The notes under the pieces are model-generated. The model did no database searches. It had not been told where the DNA came from and was given only the letters and a program-made list of their open reading frames with translations. From NCBI RefSeq assembly GCF_964204645.1, contig NC_134026.1, positions 21,486,150 through 21,550,149 on the forward strand: a DNA stretch of 64,000 bases. The letters are read 5' to 3'. Source of the DNA: Tubulanus polymorphus. Lineage: Eukaryota > Animalia > Nemertea. Within the stretch, counting starts at the first letter, position 1. The number at the start of each line of letters is the position of its first letter. Made by a program: the position numbers and the translations under genes. This document shows positions 63,001 through 64,000 of the stretch, piece after piece.

Positions 63001-63945
63001 CGGTTTTCTGCAGAGAGTTTTAGGGTGAGTGTAAGTGTAGAGAATTTAAATCGACTTTTGGTCGCCTCCCTCCTCCATTCTTTGGGATTCTGGCTATAGT
63101 GTATTTTCCCAGGGAATGTATTCGAAGTAAATATTACAATTTTGTTCAAAAATTGGTATTTACGAGGAATACTTACCTGGGAAAATTACACTACATTAAA
63201 TTTTGACAAATAACCAATTACAAATTTTTGTCTAGTTTGTACTGTGTATAGTGTAAAGGATAAACGTTTGCTTACAAAACCACCAAATTAACGGTTTACC
63301 GAGATAAACAGTACCAATTTAGGAGCCTATAGTATTTGGGATATTTGGTATATGAACGTGATGCAGGAGCTTCCTAGAAATTTGAAACTTTTTCGTTAAA
63401 ATTCCTTATATCCAAGAACTGATCTGTAGCGACCCAGTCAGTGTTATTAAGTACAGATCAGGTCTTTTATCTACCAGCATACAATATTGTTAACCTTCCT
63501 GCATTATGTTACTGATTTTCCATTATTGTAGACTATTTTGGTCTGATAAAGATTACCAGGGCGCCTTAAAATATTGCAATTTGAAAATTGTCATTCATAT
63601 TTCAAAAGCTTATCCCTGAAAATGTTTAAGCTTGTTACTCGAGACATTTTACCAAGGTTGGAAGCCCTAAGTGCAGTTAGTTGTAAATTTCTTGGTACCA
63701 GAAACAATTTTCTACCATTATTCATTTCATTGACTAATTCAAGTTTTGTACCGGGTACTCGATCTTTTTCGCAGATAACTTTGGAGAAAAAACAAGGTAT
63801 ATCGAACCTCGAACTCGTCTGCGAAGAGTTGCTAGAAGAGGAACGCGTCAAGGAGCAAAAACGCGAACAGAAAAGACAAAAGCGACGCAAGAAAAGAAAT
63901 CGAAATAACAACAATTCTGAAGAAGTGGAGGGCGATAATTGTGAG
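54071..63945 (+). CDS. GGNBP2: Gametogenetin-binding protein 2, first 8 coding exons (400 aa); gene continues beyond the right edge
   Basis: MARLVAVCRSKDYKYEARQLPLNIDESLTMV, PCVGCRRSVERLF, RFCADCKSKVLRAY, RRERHAKTLDIAQEEVLTCLG, KREQKRQKRRKK. Exons 54071-54157, 54425-54633, 55263-55406, 55496-55594, 55931-56041, 56490-56693, 57038-57212, 63775-63945. Confidence 0.95.
57796..59600 (+). pseudogene. DIRS ORF1 (gag-like), disrupted
   Basis: The ATG at 57796 is out of frame with the long RS-rich frame, which opens after a TAA at 57840; in-frame TAA at 58497-58499, then the same frame stays open to 59600 and ends in a basic RG-rich tail. Confidence 0.75.
59488..61506 (+). CDS. DIRS ORF2: reverse transcriptase, RNase H and Dam-like methyltransferase domain (672 aa)
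   Basis: RT motifs SIDLRDAYLQVPI, LPFGLSSAP, YLDDWL; RNase H motifs LFTDAS..GWGA, HINHLELLAV, TDNSTV, NVVADALSR; MT motifs VDLFAT..DAL..W..AYAFPP. Confidence 0.93.
   Translation: MSVILKVLTVTIPKGVGLDYVGASIDPFVAAPTQVPVEDVRPVGSCLQDASSHWLEKFGDTWATKIVSKGYRLKFVHKPHISHQPVEMRPKWGQESHVMPAINEMILKRSLEEIPLGSPGWYSRIFTVPKSSGGLRTVIDLSALNRYIIAPKFKLTTPKEVIQGLEPGQWAASIDLRDAYLQVPIHRNSRKYLRVHWRGRTYQFRSLPFGLSSAPWVYTKLVKRVQKHLQSKGVRIFCYLDDWLVVANSKAECKEALDKTLALIRQLGFIVNLEKSQLTPSQRFTYLGMHFDLTQALVRPAQARVQKLREAVLGLLTGAPRSARSWSQVLGQMSSVALVVPLGRLHSRSLQRFWKQAWRSVGEEWDTLLPVPPVNLIPDLEWWTLAQNLTRGTSLAPLKAPIHLFTDASHQGWGAHVEGFQKAGNWSRAEAHLHINHLELLAVQKAFKHFKRRLGGHHVWLSTDNSTVKAYLLNQGGTRSPTLSNLAAQILTWVQAQGMILSVSHLAGSLNVVADALSRQDKPVATEWTLAVRVANQVRALMGSPNVDLFATRFNTRCPVFVSPFQDDLAWGVDALSLSWDNLLAYAFPPTPLLNRVLEKIEGAVNCQVVLVAPCWPTQTWFVRLLHLLVDFPRTLPNYPGLLSQGRFKLHPNQFQLNLHAWPLSSDSFQTK
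59622..62588 (+). pseudogene. DIRS ORF3: tyrosine recombinase with a premature stop
   Basis: TIKGYRSAI, PPWDL, ARRSEVHAL and LCPVRAL, then TAA at 62253-62255; the same frame continues with HQVR and TFSSFYLKD (catalytic H-x-x-R and Tyr) to 62588. Confidence 0.88.
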
Positions 63946-64000
63946 GTAAATTGATCGCAAATGAAAATTGGTTATACATTATATACATTTCTGCGGAAAG

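Larger units (their letters stand above)
57286..63195 (+). mobile_element. DIRS1-like tyrosine-recombinase retrotransposon in GGNBP2 intron 7
   Basis: gag-like, RT-RNaseH-methyltransferase and YR ORFs; left terminus 57286-57328 is the exact reverse complement of 63091-63133; higher GC than the host intron. Confidence 0.93.

Noticed and set aside
63169-63180. U1 snRNA gene
   Set aside because: The match stops after 12 nt; no U1 stem-loops or Sm site, and it lies inside the DIRS terminal structure.

Overview
Eukaryotic, AT-rich, intron-dense genomic DNA, probably from an invertebrate animal (lophotrochozoan-like repeats; inference). I reconstructed five spliced genes by hand: an ABCA1-like transporter (- strand, runs off the left edge), clathrin heavy chain (+, 29 coding exons, 1679 aa), an SBSPON-like protein (+), DDX55 (-, with one GC-AG intron) and GGNBP2 (+, runs off the right edge). 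ABCA/CLTC and DDX55/GGNBP2 are head-to-head pairs. A ~5.9 kb DIRS1-type tyrosine-recombinase retrotransposon sits in a GGNBP2 intron; its pol ORF is intact, its gag and recombinase ORFs are disrupted, and its right end looks truncated. Introns also carry a HINE/DINE-like Helentron derivative, a tRNA-derived SINE, many MITEs and two Penelope-type minimal hammerhead motifs. The most striking unannotated signal is a set of candidate frame-preserving microexons (6, 33 and 18 nt, plus weaker 9 and 3/9 nt candidates) in the long internal clathrin introns. These are predictions from splice-site patterns only and need RNA evidence.
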